The position numbers and the translations under genes were made by a program. Positions 27,761 through 37,230 of a DNA stretch of 64,000 nucleotides are shown one piece after another; the stretch's first letter is position 1, and every line of letters starts with the position of its first letter. Under the pieces are notes generated by a model. The model saw nothing but the letters and a program-made list of their open reading frames with translations. It did not search any database and was not told the DNA's origin. Location of the stretch: positions 68,699 through 132,698 of the IMG/VR virus record IMGVR_UViG_3300042453_004434; one strand, written 5' to 3'. The stretch comes from a virus.

Positions 27761-28829
27761 TTAATTGTTCCAGATAATCTTCAAGTAACAAAATAATTTT
27801 CTTGTCAGATTTATTATTATACAATTCTTTAAGAATATATTCTACTTGGCTAATTTTATTTACTTTCTTGTTAATCCACTTATCGATACTAATATCTTTT
27901 TCGAGCATTTCGCCAAAATCTTTAACAACAGGAAGTCTAATCTCAACTTTATTTATATCAAAGTACTTAATAAGTTTTAAATATATTTTAATAGCGGCAA
28001 GAAGTCCGCGATTATCTGCTTTATCTTGATCGTTGTTTGTTGATATATATATCTTATTCAACGATAAAGACATCAAGTAAGATAATTGCTTTGAACTGAT
28101 TTCAAGACCAAAAACAACAAGGTGATTATATAAGCCTTGTTGCGATAACGCCAAACTATCTCCAATACCTTCAATAAGTATTATTTCTTTCTTTTCTTCA
28201 ATTGTTTTACTGAAAATATCAGAAGGTAAATTTATTGGATATATCCAATTAGCTTTTCGACCAAGATGTTTCCATTTAGGAAAAGCTGAATTTTCTTTCC
28301 ATAACATGTGTCTGCCACTCAATCCAACAACTTTTTGATTTTCATCGAAAACAGGAAAAACAAATCTGCCATTCATTTTGCCTGACATTGCAAATCCTGA
28401 TCGATATGTTTTTAATATATCATCAGATATTTTTTTATTGTTATAGAATTGATAATGAGGAAGTAAGGTTTTAACCTCATCATGACTGAAAAATTGATCA
28501 GCTTCCATTTTAGGAGTCTTAATTACATCTATAAAACAATGATTTTTATCTTCAATTACCTCAAAAAATTCTTTGAGCCTTATATCGTCTTGACAACTTA
28601 ATTCAATAAGCTTTTTAAATGGTTGATAAGTTGTATTAGCTACAAAATCTTTCCAGATTCCAGTATCCTTCCAAATTTGTAAAGCAGTTCTATTATCTCC
28701 ATTGCGATAAACAGCATTTGTTTGCCAATATTTACCGCGATCGTTTAAATTATAACCAAGTTCTAAAAGAATCTTTTCGATTCTTTCTGCGGGATTTTCA
28801 GTCAAGTTCTGGTACATCATCGCCTCCAT
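27717..28829 (-). CDS. DNA primase (DnaG-like, Toprim)
   Basis: GRFVFPV..VVGLSGR, PKWKH, LIEGIGD, NNDQD..G; the N-terminal zinc-binding domain lacks Cys/His ligands. Confidence 0.88.
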   Translation of the reverse strand: MEAMMYQNLTENPAERIEKILLELGYNLNDRGKYWQTNAVYRNGDNRTALQIWKDTGIWKDFVANTTYQPFKKLIELSCQDDIRLKEFFEVIEDKNHCFIDVIKTPKMEADQFFSHDEVKTLLPHYQFYNNKKISDDILKTYRSGFAMSGKMNGRFVFPVFDENQKVVGLSGRHMLWKENSAFPKWKHLGRKANWIYPINLPSDIFSKTIEEKKEIILIEGIGDSLALSQQGLYNHLVVFGLEISSKQLSYLMSLSLNKIYISTNNDQDKADNRGLLAAIKIYLKLIKYFDINKVEIRLPVVKDFGEMLEKDISIDKWINKKVNKISQVEYILKELYNNKSDKKIILLLEDYLEQLNVERNTIRQQDQDA

Positions 28830-30333
28830 CTTTAGCTACGGTTGCTGTTGCAGTCAAAGAATCAACAATATCACGCAAATCGCCTTTTTCGTTAACGCAG
28901 AAATTAGCAATTTCAAGATTTACGAAGTTCTTCTTTAATGTGTTATCTGCCATTTTTATTGGATTGATAGCGCCAGCAATATCTTTTCCTAGATGGCGAG
29001 CTTTTACATTAATTAGCTTATGAGTTCCAAATCCCGGCTCACTTTGCAGCTCATCAAATGTTTTATTTCTAAGAATAAACATGTGCGATGAAAACTGGGT
29101 GATTCGATCAGAAAGTGAAACAATGCTTTCATCGTCTGTAACATTTGACGCTTGTTTATTTGTAACAATACCAGCGCGATTAGACTGAACAGAAGTCATC
29201 ATTGAGATACATGGACCTTTATCAGATTTAATATCTCTTTGAATAGTTCGTTTATATTTATCAACCATTTCACCAACCAACTGCCATTCAGTTTTGTTAC
29301 TATTAGCTTCTGTTGTTGTTTTAATATAATCGAAGCTAAAAATCATCGGATTACCACGACCAATTTTAGAATAATAAAATCTTTTCAATACACTTATTTG
29401 CGCATCAACAGTCATGCCACCAACATTGTAATAATATAAATGTTTATATCTGTTCTTAAGAGTTTTCCAGACAGATCGAACATTTTCTACTACTTCAGTT
29501 CCAGCTTTTCTCCAGTTTCCACTTTCAAGCAAATACATTGGAACCTTAGACATTGCGGCGCACTGTCTAAAAATTAATTCTTCCTTGCTCATCTCTCCAT
29601 TATCAAAATGAAGAACAGGTACAGAATATTGTTCAGAAACCTTAGTAGTAAAATCCAAACAGAATTGAGTTTTACCAACACCAGAACGAGCAACTATGAC
29701 AGTTATGTTTCCGGGTCTCAATAAAGATCCATACATATCCTGAAGCTTAGGATGTGGACCAGCAAAACCAAACTCTGTAACAGGATTGTTTCCTCGTTCT
29801 TCAACCAACTGTTCCATCTCATCGAAAATATTTTCTGGCTGATCTGTACCAGTTTCGTAGAGATTAATTTGTTGATTGTATAATTTATCAGCTTCTTCAA
29901 TGATCGAGCTATAATCAGCAGAAGTTGATATAGCTCGCATCTTCTTATTTATTTCAGCACCGCATAAAGCTATTTCACGACGAATAGTATATTTCTTTAA
30001 TTCTTTAGCTACTGAAATAATAGAATCAGCAGAAAGCTTTTTAAGCGATAGAGACTCAATATAGTCAGAAGGATTTATATTATCCTCGAAACTAATACCA
30101 TAGTTTTTAACACGTTGAGAAATTACAACTTCATCTATTTTTTCTCCATTCTCAATCGCTTGACGTAAAACTAAAAATATAGTTCTATTGATTTTAGAAC
30201 TTTCACTCCAAAAATCTTTTTCTGTTATAAATGAAGCTATCTCACTGTATCTATCTGGATATTTAATCAAACCAGCTAACAACTGCGTCTCTAAATCGTA
30301 AGAGTATATCATTTTGAAGCAGTATAGCCTCAA
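28798..30333 (-). CDS. dnaB: Replicative DNA helicase (DnaB-like)
   Basis: N-terminal DnaB domain, ARSGVGKT, NGEMS, FDYIK, VQSNR, KARH. Confidence 0.92.
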   Translation of the reverse strand: MRLYCFKMIYSYDLETQLLAGLIKYPDRYSEIASFITEKDFWSESSKINRTIFLVLRQAIENGEKIDEVVISQRVKNYGISFEDNINPSDYIESLSLKKLSADSIISVAKELKKYTIRREIALCGAEINKKMRAISTSADYSSIIEEADKLYNQQINLYETGTDQPENIFDEMEQLVEERGNNPVTEFGFAGPHPKLQDMYGSLLRPGNITVIVARSGVGKTQFCLDFTTKVSEQYSVPVLHFDNGEMSKEELIFRQCAAMSKVPMYLLESGNWRKAGTEVVENVRSVWKTLKNRYKHLYYYNVGGMTVDAQISVLKRFYYSKIGRGNPMIFSFDYIKTTTEANSNKTEWQLVGEMVDKYKRTIQRDIKSDKGPCISMMTSVQSNRAGIVTNKQASNVTDDESIVSLSDRITQFSSHMFILRNKTFDELQSEPGFGTHKLINVKARHLGKDIAGAINPIKMADNTLKKNFVNLEIANFCVNEKGDLRDIVDSLTATATVAKDGGDDVPELD

Positions 30334-30587
30334 TCTCCAGACATGTCAATAGATTCTTCGGCGTTATCAATTTCGTTTAAATATTTTTCTATAGCCTTAA
30401 TTAAACCCATTTCTACAAGAGGACTCGCAACTTTTGTATAAATCATAGGACAACCGTCTTGTGACACGTATGCAACAATAAACCCTTTAGAAGATTCATC
30501 AGATCCAGTGAACTCATATAATTTATTAAAATAATTATCTGGAATTTTGAAGTTTTTAAAATCTTCACCTGACGGTTGTTTTTTCAT
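30330..30587 (-). CDS. Hypothetical protein
   Basis: 85-aa ORF heading the helicase-primase run; GTGTA motif upstream. Confidence 0.7.
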   Translation of the reverse strand: MKKQPSGEDFKNFKIPDNYFNKLYEFTGSDESSKGFIVAYVSQDGCPMIYTKVASPLVEMGLIKAIEKYLNEIDNAEESIDMSGD

Positions 30588-30592
30588 TTATA

Positions 30593-31006
30593 TTATAATA
30601 TTACACCCTGAGACTCAAATAGATATGTATTTATTATATCGTTTTCGTAAATAGTTACAAGTTTTATATTATTTAGTTCACAAAACTTCTCTTTAGCTTG
30701 ATCTCTCTTCAATTGGTGCAAATAATTAATACGATCTTGATGAAAGAACTCAACATATTGTGTATGTTGTCTTCCTTGTACTTCTATTGCAATTTTTTTA
30801 TTAGCGTTGTAAAAATCTAACGTTAAACGTGTACCAACAATTGGAAACTCTTCAAAAACAATATTTCCAAACCAGTATTTTTTAACAAACTTTTTAACAC
30901 TGGTTTGGAACTTACTTCTGCTATCTATATCCCAATCTATGATATATTGTTTAAGATTTTTACATCGTTTCTTTTTATTGGTCAGTGTCAGAAATTCCAT
31001 CGCCAA
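30593..31006 (-). CDS. DUF559/Vsr-like endonuclease
   Basis: LTLDFY..KIAIEVQGRQH...RDQAKEKFCELNNIKLV. Confidence 0.8.
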   Translation of the reverse strand: MAMEFLTLTNKKKRCKNLKQYIIDWDIDSRSKFQTSVKKFVKKYWFGNIVFEEFPIVGTRLTLDFYNANKKIAIEVQGRQHTQYVEFFHQDRINYLHQLKRDQAKEKFCELNNIKLVTIYENDIINTYLFESQGVIL

Positions 31007-32150
31007 AGCTTAGTAGATTTTCACTGATATATTTAAACAAAAACTTCTTTAAAGCTTCATTATCATTCATGAGGTTTTCAAATTTTGCAGACCCTTGAAT
31101 CTTTTCAGGAAAATCTGTAAAACCTGCATCCTTAAGAATATTTAAAAAGTCTTCTTCAAAATTGATCCAAGCTCCTTTTTGTTCAGCAAAATTCCACATT
31201 AATAGAAAATCAAATATCTCCTTCTCTATCCAATTTGATGTTCCATTTTTGCGACCGTATCTAATTGGATATTTAATAACAGAATTTGTCTTTTCGTTAG
31301 TTGACTTTTTAACTGTTATTTTTACAACATGACCGATATAAGGATTCTTATATTCATCATAGTTAGCTTTTTCATCTTGTAGAATCAGATCGCCTTTAAA
31401 ACGAGGTTCGAATTCAATAATCCAATTTGCAAAATGCAATAATGCATTACCGCCAGTTGCGCTGGTTTGACGAATTGGGGCTTTGCTATATGGATCTAGC
31501 TTAATATCTGCACGAACCTGTGAAATAAATATGCACATGTGCCCACGCTTTTGAAGCGAAATAGACATGCGCTTCATTAAGTCAGCAGCAATAACAGCTC
31601 CACCAGCAACCTTTTGAGATTCTTCAAAAGTCTTATCTAAATCACCTTTTCTGATAAGACCATCTACAGAATCTAGCAAAAAGAAATACCTATTCTTTTC
31701 ATCATTTTTCCCAACTAGAAGTCTGAGCGCATCAAATACAGTTTCATAAATATTAGATTCAAATACAAAACATGTACCTTTTACCCATTCATCTTCTGAG
31801 AAAACAAACTTAACACCTGATCTTTCAATCATTTCCTTGCTCAATCGTCCTTCAGCTTTAATATAAAAGCCTTTACCATCTTTTTGAGTATCTAGAAAAT
31901 TCTTCATGAATTGCAAAGCGCAACTAGTTTTACCGCCTTCATTCATACCTACAAAACGATGCAAACCAGTGCCTAAGCCCCCACCTAGTTTGTAATCAAA
32001 AATTAAACTACCGCTAGATACGCGATAATCTATTGTCTCTTCAAAATTATAATGCGATTCTTTATTCTGCTTAAGAAAGCTTTTGAGCTGTTCTTGAGAA
32101 GTTAAAATGCTTGCTGCTTCAGTTGATTCGTCTTTTGATTTTCTACTCAT
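30975..32150 (-). CDS. recA: RecA/UvsX-like recombinase
   Basis: SSGSLIFD..LGGG, GMNEGGKT, LLDSVDGL, FISQVR, TGGNALLHFA. Confidence 0.9.
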   Translation of the reverse strand: MSRKSKDESTEAASILTSQEQLKSFLKQNKESHYNFEETIDYRVSSGSLIFDYKLGGGLGTGLHRFVGMNEGGKTSCALQFMKNFLDTQKDGKGFYIKAEGRLSKEMIERSGVKFVFSEDEWVKGTCFVFESNIYETVFDALRLLVGKNDEKNRYFFLLDSVDGLIRKGDLDKTFEESQKVAGGAVIAADLMKRMSISLQKRGHMCIFISQVRADIKLDPYSKAPIRQTSATGGNALLHFANWIIEFEPRFKGDLILQDEKANYDEYKNPYIGHVVKITVKKSTNEKTNSVIKYPIRYGRKNGTSNWIEKEIFDFLLMWNFAEQKGAWINFEEDFLNILKDAGFTDFPEKIQGSAKFENLMNDNEALKKFLFKYISENLLSFGDGISDTDQ

Positions 32151-32467
32151 TTTAAAAATTGCTTAATTGTTTTTGGTTTGCTTTCTATATTATAATCATC
32201 ACCCGTTTTATCGCCTATATTTATTTCTGGATTCTTAAATTCAGGTTGAAAAAGGAACCATTTATATTTATCTGTTATTTCATACTTTCTTTCGGCTAGA
32301 AATAAAGTTAAACAATTTACTTTATCAAATTCATGAGTTTCCCAGAATTTCATATCGGGAAAATCTTTAAGTAATTTATTTAATAAAGAATATTGTTTCT
32401 GCCAAAATTTTGGATTCTTTTTATTAGGCGCAAACAACAGTTTTTGTAATAACTGTCTTTTATTCAT
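32147..32467 (-). CDS. Hypothetical protein
   Basis: Start trimmed to MNKRQLL, just behind the promoter. Confidence 0.65.
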   Translation of the reverse strand: MNKRQLLQKLLFAPNKKNPKFWQKQYSLLNKLLKDFPDMKFWETHEFDKVNCLTLFLAERKYEITDKYKWFLFQPEFKNPEINIGDKTGDDYNIESKPKTIKQFLK

Positions 32468-32473
32468 GCCAGA

Positions 32474-32502
32474 ACAATAACAGAGAACAGTAAAGATGTC
32501 AA
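32474..32502 (-). promoter_or_regulatory. Sigma70-type promoter of the recA operon
   Basis: TTGACA-N17-TATTGT with an extended TG; ATG 6 nt downstream. Confidence 0.6.
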
Positions 32503-32507
32503 GATAC

Positions 32508-32534
32508 AAAAAAACCGCTGGTTTCCCAGCGGTT
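32508..32534 (-). terminator. Intrinsic terminator
   Basis: AACCGCTGG-GAAA-CCAGCGGTTTTTTT on the minus strand. Confidence 0.85.
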
Positions 32535-32552
32535 ATATATTAACTGTTAGAA

Positions 32553-33164
32553 TTAAACTTTTGGATTAAATGTGGGGCTCTGTAACTGAGGATTTTTAGG
32601 AGCAGCAGCTTCTTGTTCTTTTTGTAGCTTCTCGTCTATTTTAAGACCTTCTTCAGCAGCTTTCGGAGTAATATTACCGCTTGGTGGAGCAGGTTCTTGA
32701 ACGAAAACTGCGGTTGGTTCGGCTTGCATTTCTTGCATGTCTTCTTTTTCGCCATTTTCGCCTTCATCACCAGATTCATTTTCATTCTCTTCTTCATCTT
32801 TAACTTCGATTTCAACTGTTGAACTTAAACTCATTAATTGTTTTTTTCCTTCTTCTGAAAGAGTTCCAGCTTTTTCGTAGCGCTTTAAAATTCCTTTTTT
32901 TAGATTTGTTGGTAAACCCATTTGTTTTTCAGTAAGTTCACCAGCACCTTCCATAAGCATTTGACGGTTTTTCATATATGACATGCCGCACATGTATTTA
33001 GCGTCGCTTGTTGACATGCCAGCAGTATTAACAAACATGGCATCATTCATCATGCATTCGCTCATATATGCACTATGAATTTCATTTTCATCTGTTTCTA
33101 AAACATTTGAAAGTGAAACTTCTGCGATAAATTGTTTATTGTTAAATTTTAAATTTGCTTTCAT
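32553..33164 (-). CDS. Hypothetical acidic, Met-rich protein
   Basis: 203-aa ORF with a low-complexity acidic C-terminal half. Confidence 0.7.
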   Translation of the reverse strand: MKANLKFNNKQFIAEVSLSNVLETDENEIHSAYMSECMMNDAMFVNTAGMSTSDAKYMCGMSYMKNRQMLMEGAGELTEKQMGLPTNLKKGILKRYEKAGTLSEEGKKQLMSLSSTVEIEVKDEEENENESGDEGENGEKEDMQEMQAEPTAVFVQEPAPPSGNITPKAAEEGLKIDEKLQKEQEAAAPKNPQLQSPTFNPKV

Positions 33165-34028
33165 TTATTTTGTACCTTCTAATAAATTTAATTGATCGAT
33201 GGTTTTTGTTAAAATATCACCTTCTTTAAAATTAGATCCGTTGTTAGTAACTTCGTATGCAATTACTTGACCCATGTCGTTATCTAAGTTTTTAATTTGT
33301 TTGATGATGCCTTCACTGCCAAAATGTTTGCAACTGGCATTTGTATTTAAAACACGCATACCTTCTTGCATATTTTTGTTTTCATGTGGGCCGCCTTCTT
33401 GAGAATATATAATATAGTTATGTACAGCAAATAAATAATCTTCCATTAATGTGATTTTGCTTTGCACCCAAGGTTCTAATTTAGAAGCATATGATGGATT
33501 CGCTCTGAGTTTTTCGAGTAAATCTTTTGAATAGTCTGAAATATAAGCCAATTGACCTAAAGCCATTTCATAACTTTCTTCAATCAATTCAGAATTATTT
33601 TCTTCTATTTCTTCTGTTATTTCAGGAGCTTGAGCCAAAGATGGCATCAACTTCAATAAATCTTCTTGATCCCAATAAGTAACACCATCCCATTGATGAA
33701 CAACATCATCGATAGAACCTTTAGTTGTATAATCTGTTACTGATTTTTTACTCTCCCACATCTTACAGCTCCAGTACTTAGCTTTCCAGCGAGGACCGGG
33801 TTTAGTATCGCATTGATGACGAGCGCGAAAACTTTTACGACGAGAAGGATCGTCGCGCTTAATTTCCATATTAGGATCACCAAAATTAACTTTTACAATA
33901 TTGCCTTTTTCATTTTTAACATATACAGAAAACTTTTTAGGCCCTTTCGGAGTACGAAAAGGCTTGTTTAATGTTTTCTTTTCTTTTGCAGCTTTGATTT
34001 CGCCGCTAAAATTAACAGATATATTCAT
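33165..34028 (-). CDS. Conserved phage protein (possibly head-associated)
   Basis: KPFRTPKGPKKFSVYV...VNFGDPNMEIKRDDP.RRKSFRARH.C domain, which I recall from large phages. Confidence 0.7.
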   Translation of the reverse strand: MNISVNFSGEIKAAKEKKTLNKPFRTPKGPKKFSVYVKNEKGNIVKVNFGDPNMEIKRDDPSRRKSFRARHQCDTKPGPRWKAKYWSCKMWESKKSVTDYTTKGSIDDVVHQWDGVTYWDQEDLLKLMPSLAQAPEITEEIEENNSELIEESYEMALGQLAYISDYSKDLLEKLRANPSYASKLEPWVQSKITLMEDYLFAVHNYIIYSQEGGPHENKNMQEGMRVLNTNASCKHFGSEGIIKQIKNLDNDMGQVIAYEVTNNGSNFKEGDILTKTIDQLNLLEGTK

Positions 34029-34031
34029 TAT

Positions 34032-34397
34032 TTACTTTAAAGTTAATAGATACTTGGTTTTATTTACATCAGCTAACATTTCATCTCTAATATTTAACAA
34101 GTCAGTATCTTTCTTAGCGTCTAACATTGTTGGCACATCGTTTACCAAATATGTTTCCATCTCATTCATGAGAGACATTGGACCTAAATTTTTATAATTT
34201 TCAAGAATTAAATTAAATGTTGATGGGCTTATAATTCTACCATATTTACCCATAAACACTTCAACAAATTGATCGATATGTCCAGAAAGGCCGTCATATA
34301 AATCGCCTAATGATTTATGTTCAGAGTATGACGTTGTTTGCCAATGCAAAATTTTAACTTGATTTTGATATGTTAGAAGTTTAGTTACTATATTCAT
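34032..34397 (-). CDS. Ferritin/Dps-like four-helix protein (DUF5856-like)
   Basis: ILHWQT.SYSEHK.LGDLY...IDQFVE...DLLNIRDEML..VNKTKYLLTL. Confidence 0.75.
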   Translation of the reverse strand: MNIVTKLLTYQNQVKILHWQTTSYSEHKSLGDLYDGLSGHIDQFVEVFMGKYGRIISPSTFNLILENYKNLGPMSLMNEMETYLVNDVPTMLDAKKDTDLLNIRDEMLADVNKTKYLLTLK

Positions 34398-34535
34398 TTA
34401 TTCCTCTACTTCTATATAATTTAAATTTAATTCATCATCATTTACACCAAATTCTTTTAAATCAGAAAAAGCTGCCGCAAAATCTTCTTCATCAAAATCA
34501 TCAAAATGATAAATATCTACAACTTTATCATTCAT
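34398..34535 (-). CDS. Small highly acidic peptide (45 aa)
   Basis: Read manually: MNDKVVDIYHFDDFDEEDFAAAFSDLKEFGVNDDELNLNYIEVEE; fills the gap between its neighbours. Confidence 0.55.
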   Translation of the reverse strand: MNDKVVDIYHFDDFDEEDFAAAFSDLKEFGVNDDELNLNYIEVEE

Positions 34536-34537
34536 GA

Positions 34538-34681
34538 TTACTTCTTTTTGGGGCCTGTTGTACTATTAGGGCCAGTTGCAGGACCTGTTGTTGTACTAGG
34601 TTTTTTTGTGGTTTTAGGTTTAACTGGTCCGGTTGTTGGTCCTGATCCGGGGCCAGATACTGCTGTTGTTGTGTATTTCAT
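34538..34681 (-). CDS. Small Thr/Gly/Pro/Lys-rich peptide (47 aa, TGP repeats)
   Basis: Read manually: MKYTTTAVSGPGSGPTTGPVKPKTTKKPSTTTGPATGPNSTTGPKKK; co-oriented with the operon. Confidence 0.55.
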   Translation of the reverse strand: MKYTTTAVSGPGSGPTTGPVKPKTTKKPSTTTGPATGPNSTTGPKKK

Positions 34682-34687
34682 AAATTA

Positions 34688-35158
34688 TTAACTGTTTGCG
34701 ATATCTTGATCTGCGCGACGATAAGCATCTTTTACTTTACCGCCACCTTGCATTCTTAAAAACGTATTTACCCTTGCCATAGCCCATTGTGCTCTAGATT
34801 TTCCGGGGCGATGACTAGAACTAAATGCTCCTAGTCCTCTTCTGTAAACTTTTTTTAACTGTGATAATGTTACTTTTTTAGAGTGTTTAGCGTTATGATT
34901 TTTTACTTTTTCTTTTAATGCATTAGTTACTTTTTCACTAAATGTAATTTCAGCTTTGCTAATTAATTGTTTTTCGTCTTTTCTTTGAAGAGCTTCTTTC
35001 GCTCTTTCTTTAGCATCAGGCGTTGTTCCAGCAGAACCAGGCTCATTTATTTTAGAACCTTTTTTCTTTTCTTCTGGTTTTGCTGGAGTTTGAGCGGAGC
35101 TTTTAGGCCCTTGTCTTTTTTTAGCAATCAAGTTAGATAAATCTACTACTATATCCAT
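34688..35158 (-). CDS. Conserved basic phage protein
   Basis: LKKVYRRGLGAFSSSHRPG..RAQWAMARVNTFL domain, which I recall from phages and large viruses. Confidence 0.7.
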   Translation of the reverse strand: MDIVVDLSNLIAKKRQGPKSSAQTPAKPEEKKKGSKINEPGSAGTTPDAKERAKEALQRKDEKQLISKAEITFSEKVTNALKEKVKNHNAKHSKKVTLSQLKKVYRRGLGAFSSSHRPGKSRAQWAMARVNTFLRMQGGGKVKDAYRRADQDIANS

Positions 35159-35200
35159 ATAAAGATTTATACACTATAATAGCAACACCTAGAAAAAATT

Positions 35201-35224
35201 AAAGCCGCCTTTCGGCGGCTCTTT
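35201..35224 (-). terminator. Intrinsic terminator after nrdJ
   Basis: AGCCGCC-GAAA-GGCGGCTTT on the minus strand. Confidence 0.8.
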
Positions 35225-35226
35225 GA

Positions 35227-37206
35227 TTATCTAATTGGACATATTCCAGCTGCGCATTCTGCCATATCTAACATTTCGTTAGAATTGATAGATAAAGCGC
35301 TTAATGGCTTAACTTTAGCTTTAGCAGTTAAATACGACTTTTCGTCAATTTCTTGATATGGAGCTTGCTTGAAGCCGTGGTTCTTAAACAGCAAGAAGCT
35401 AACGCTCTTTATATTCTTTTCGTAATTATCTTTTAGCCAGTTTTGTAGAGCGGTGAGTTCTTCTTCCTTGTAATATGCAGTAACTGATACAGCGTTATCA
35501 GACCAAACAGTTTGAAGCTTCTTAACCATATCAAGTTGCTTAATCACATCCATATCTTTTGCAAGAATTGATCCTGCTGGAGTTTCACATGGAAAATAAA
35601 CAACAACGGTATCATGATTTTCTGTACCGTCAAAATTGATTAGATATTCAACATGATATCCCATGTCTTTGCAGATTTGAACAAGAGCATCAGAGCTAGA
35701 CATGCGAACAGTGCGCATATAATACTGGCTATATGCAGGATGAACACCGGGAGTAGCTCCACCAAGCAAACTCAAAGTCCCGCTGGGCTTAACTGTGGTA
35801 AGCTTGATGCTTTCGGGCCATCCTCTTTCCTTGCTCCATTGCTTATCAAACTTACGCAAAGCAACATAACAATCATCAAGCCAATCGAGCTTATCAAGAG
35901 ACTGGCAAACACCAGTAACGCCAAGACCGAGACGCATGTTTTTGTGAACGATACGATTTGTTTCTTCATGAATAAACGGAAGTGCAGCGATAGCTTTTTG
36001 TGTCTTGTAAAGCAGTTTTGCGCAGTCAATTAATTCTTCTTTTGATTGAATATTATTTAAATACAATTCACAAAGATTGCAGCATTCATAATTAGAAAGA
36101 CTAATTTCAGCGCATGGATTAGTCATTTCGCAGTTATCTACATCTGTTGGATATAGTTTTGATTCACTAATAGGCCCATCAACAATACGACCATACTTTT
36201 GGGAAAGAGGAAGATTAAACAAACCATAAGGCTCGCCATTGGCGTATCCTGTTTGCTTATTTATTTCATACCCATTCTTCCACACCTCTTCCATGATGTG
36301 ATCAAAATTATCGGCATAGATAGTATTGTTGCTCATAGCTCGCCAATTTGGAACGTTACCAGAACTCCAGTTTTTAGCGCGGAGATATAGAATATCATCA
36401 GGATCTCCGAGAGCGATTTCTGCTGAACGTCTTACATTACCAGCAACCACAACACTTCCAATAATATTGCAAATATCAAGTACATCAATAGAACGAAGTT
36501 TTTTACCTTCTCTACTCTGGAAAATCTTTGTGATCTTTTCAATTCCATCAATAAGAATTTGTGGTCCACTTGCTTTTCCACCAAATCCTCTGATGAGTTC
36601 TCCATAACCGCGAATTAAAATAGTAGAATATGTAAAAGACTTTCCATTTACATAAAAAGCATCAAGAACATTAGCTAGCAACTTAACCCAACCTTCTCGC
36701 GAATCAGGAACAATAAAATCTGCATCTTTAGTGGCTTCATGAGAAACAACAACCCCCTTCTTAATCTTGGGAAGCTCATGAACGTCTTCGCGACGAATAC
36801 TATAACCTACACCACCACCAAGCATTAGATTTTCAAAAAGGAAAAGAAACGCTTTTGGCTCACGCATTGCTGTTGCCCAGCAATTGAGAAGAGAATTAGC
36901 TCCAAATCGATCAACAGTTGAAGTTCCAAGCTGCCAAAGCATTCTACCCGCAAAATTGCACTTTAGATTAAAAACATAATCATAAATTCTTTCAGCTTCT
37001 TCTTGAGAATATTGAGCACCGATTTTTTGAGCACCATTAATACAGCGAGCGACTGTTTCCCACCACTCTTCAGTATTGCCGTCGTCTTTTAATCGAGCAT
37101 AGGTTCTCTTATATACTATATAACCGAGACCATTAAACCCCCAGTTGGGCTGCTTGTTTTTGTATTTGGAAAGAAAGGATTCAGAAAGAATATTTAAGTC
37201 GCTCAT
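35227..37206 (-). CDS. nrdJ: Class II (adenosylcobalamin-dependent) ribonucleotide reductase, monomeric RTPR type
   Basis: VYKRTYAR, LLNCW, LMLGGGVG, GNVRRSAEI, TNPCAEI, TTVKPSGT and C-terminal CAAGICPIR. Confidence 0.95.
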   Translation of the reverse strand: MSDLNILSESFLSKYKNKQPNWGFNGLGYIVYKRTYARLKDDGNTEEWWETVARCINGAQKIGAQYSQEEAERIYDYVFNLKCNFAGRMLWQLGTSTVDRFGANSLLNCWATAMREPKAFLFLFENLMLGGGVGYSIRREDVHELPKIKKGVVVSHEATKDADFIVPDSREGWVKLLANVLDAFYVNGKSFTYSTILIRGYGELIRGFGGKASGPQILIDGIEKITKIFQSREGKKLRSIDVLDICNIIGSVVVAGNVRRSAEIALGDPDDILYLRAKNWSSGNVPNWRAMSNNTIYADNFDHIMEEVWKNGYEINKQTGYANGEPYGLFNLPLSQKYGRIVDGPISESKLYPTDVDNCEMTNPCAEISLSNYECCNLCELYLNNIQSKEELIDCAKLLYKTQKAIAALPFIHEETNRIVHKNMRLGLGVTGVCQSLDKLDWLDDCYVALRKFDKQWSKERGWPESIKLTTVKPSGTLSLLGGATPGVHPAYSQYYMRTVRMSSSDALVQICKDMGYHVEYLINFDGTENHDTVVVYFPCETPAGSILAKDMDVIKQLDMVKKLQTVWSDNAVSVTAYYKEEELTALQNWLKDNYEKNIKSVSFLLFKNHGFKQAPYQEIDEKSYLTAKAKVKPLSALSINSNEMLDMAECAAGICPIR

Positions 37207-37230
37207 GATAAAAACAATTATACACTAATT

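Noticed and set aside
34506-34691. Plus-strand hydrophobic GPVV-repeat ORF
   Set aside because: It is the mirror of the minus-strand TGP peptide, which fits the operon direction and spacing.
22420-37206. Inteins or introns in dnaE, dnaB, recA or nrdJ
   Set aside because: Protein lengths are ordinary, and I see no C...HN/C splice motifs or LAGLIDADG inserts.
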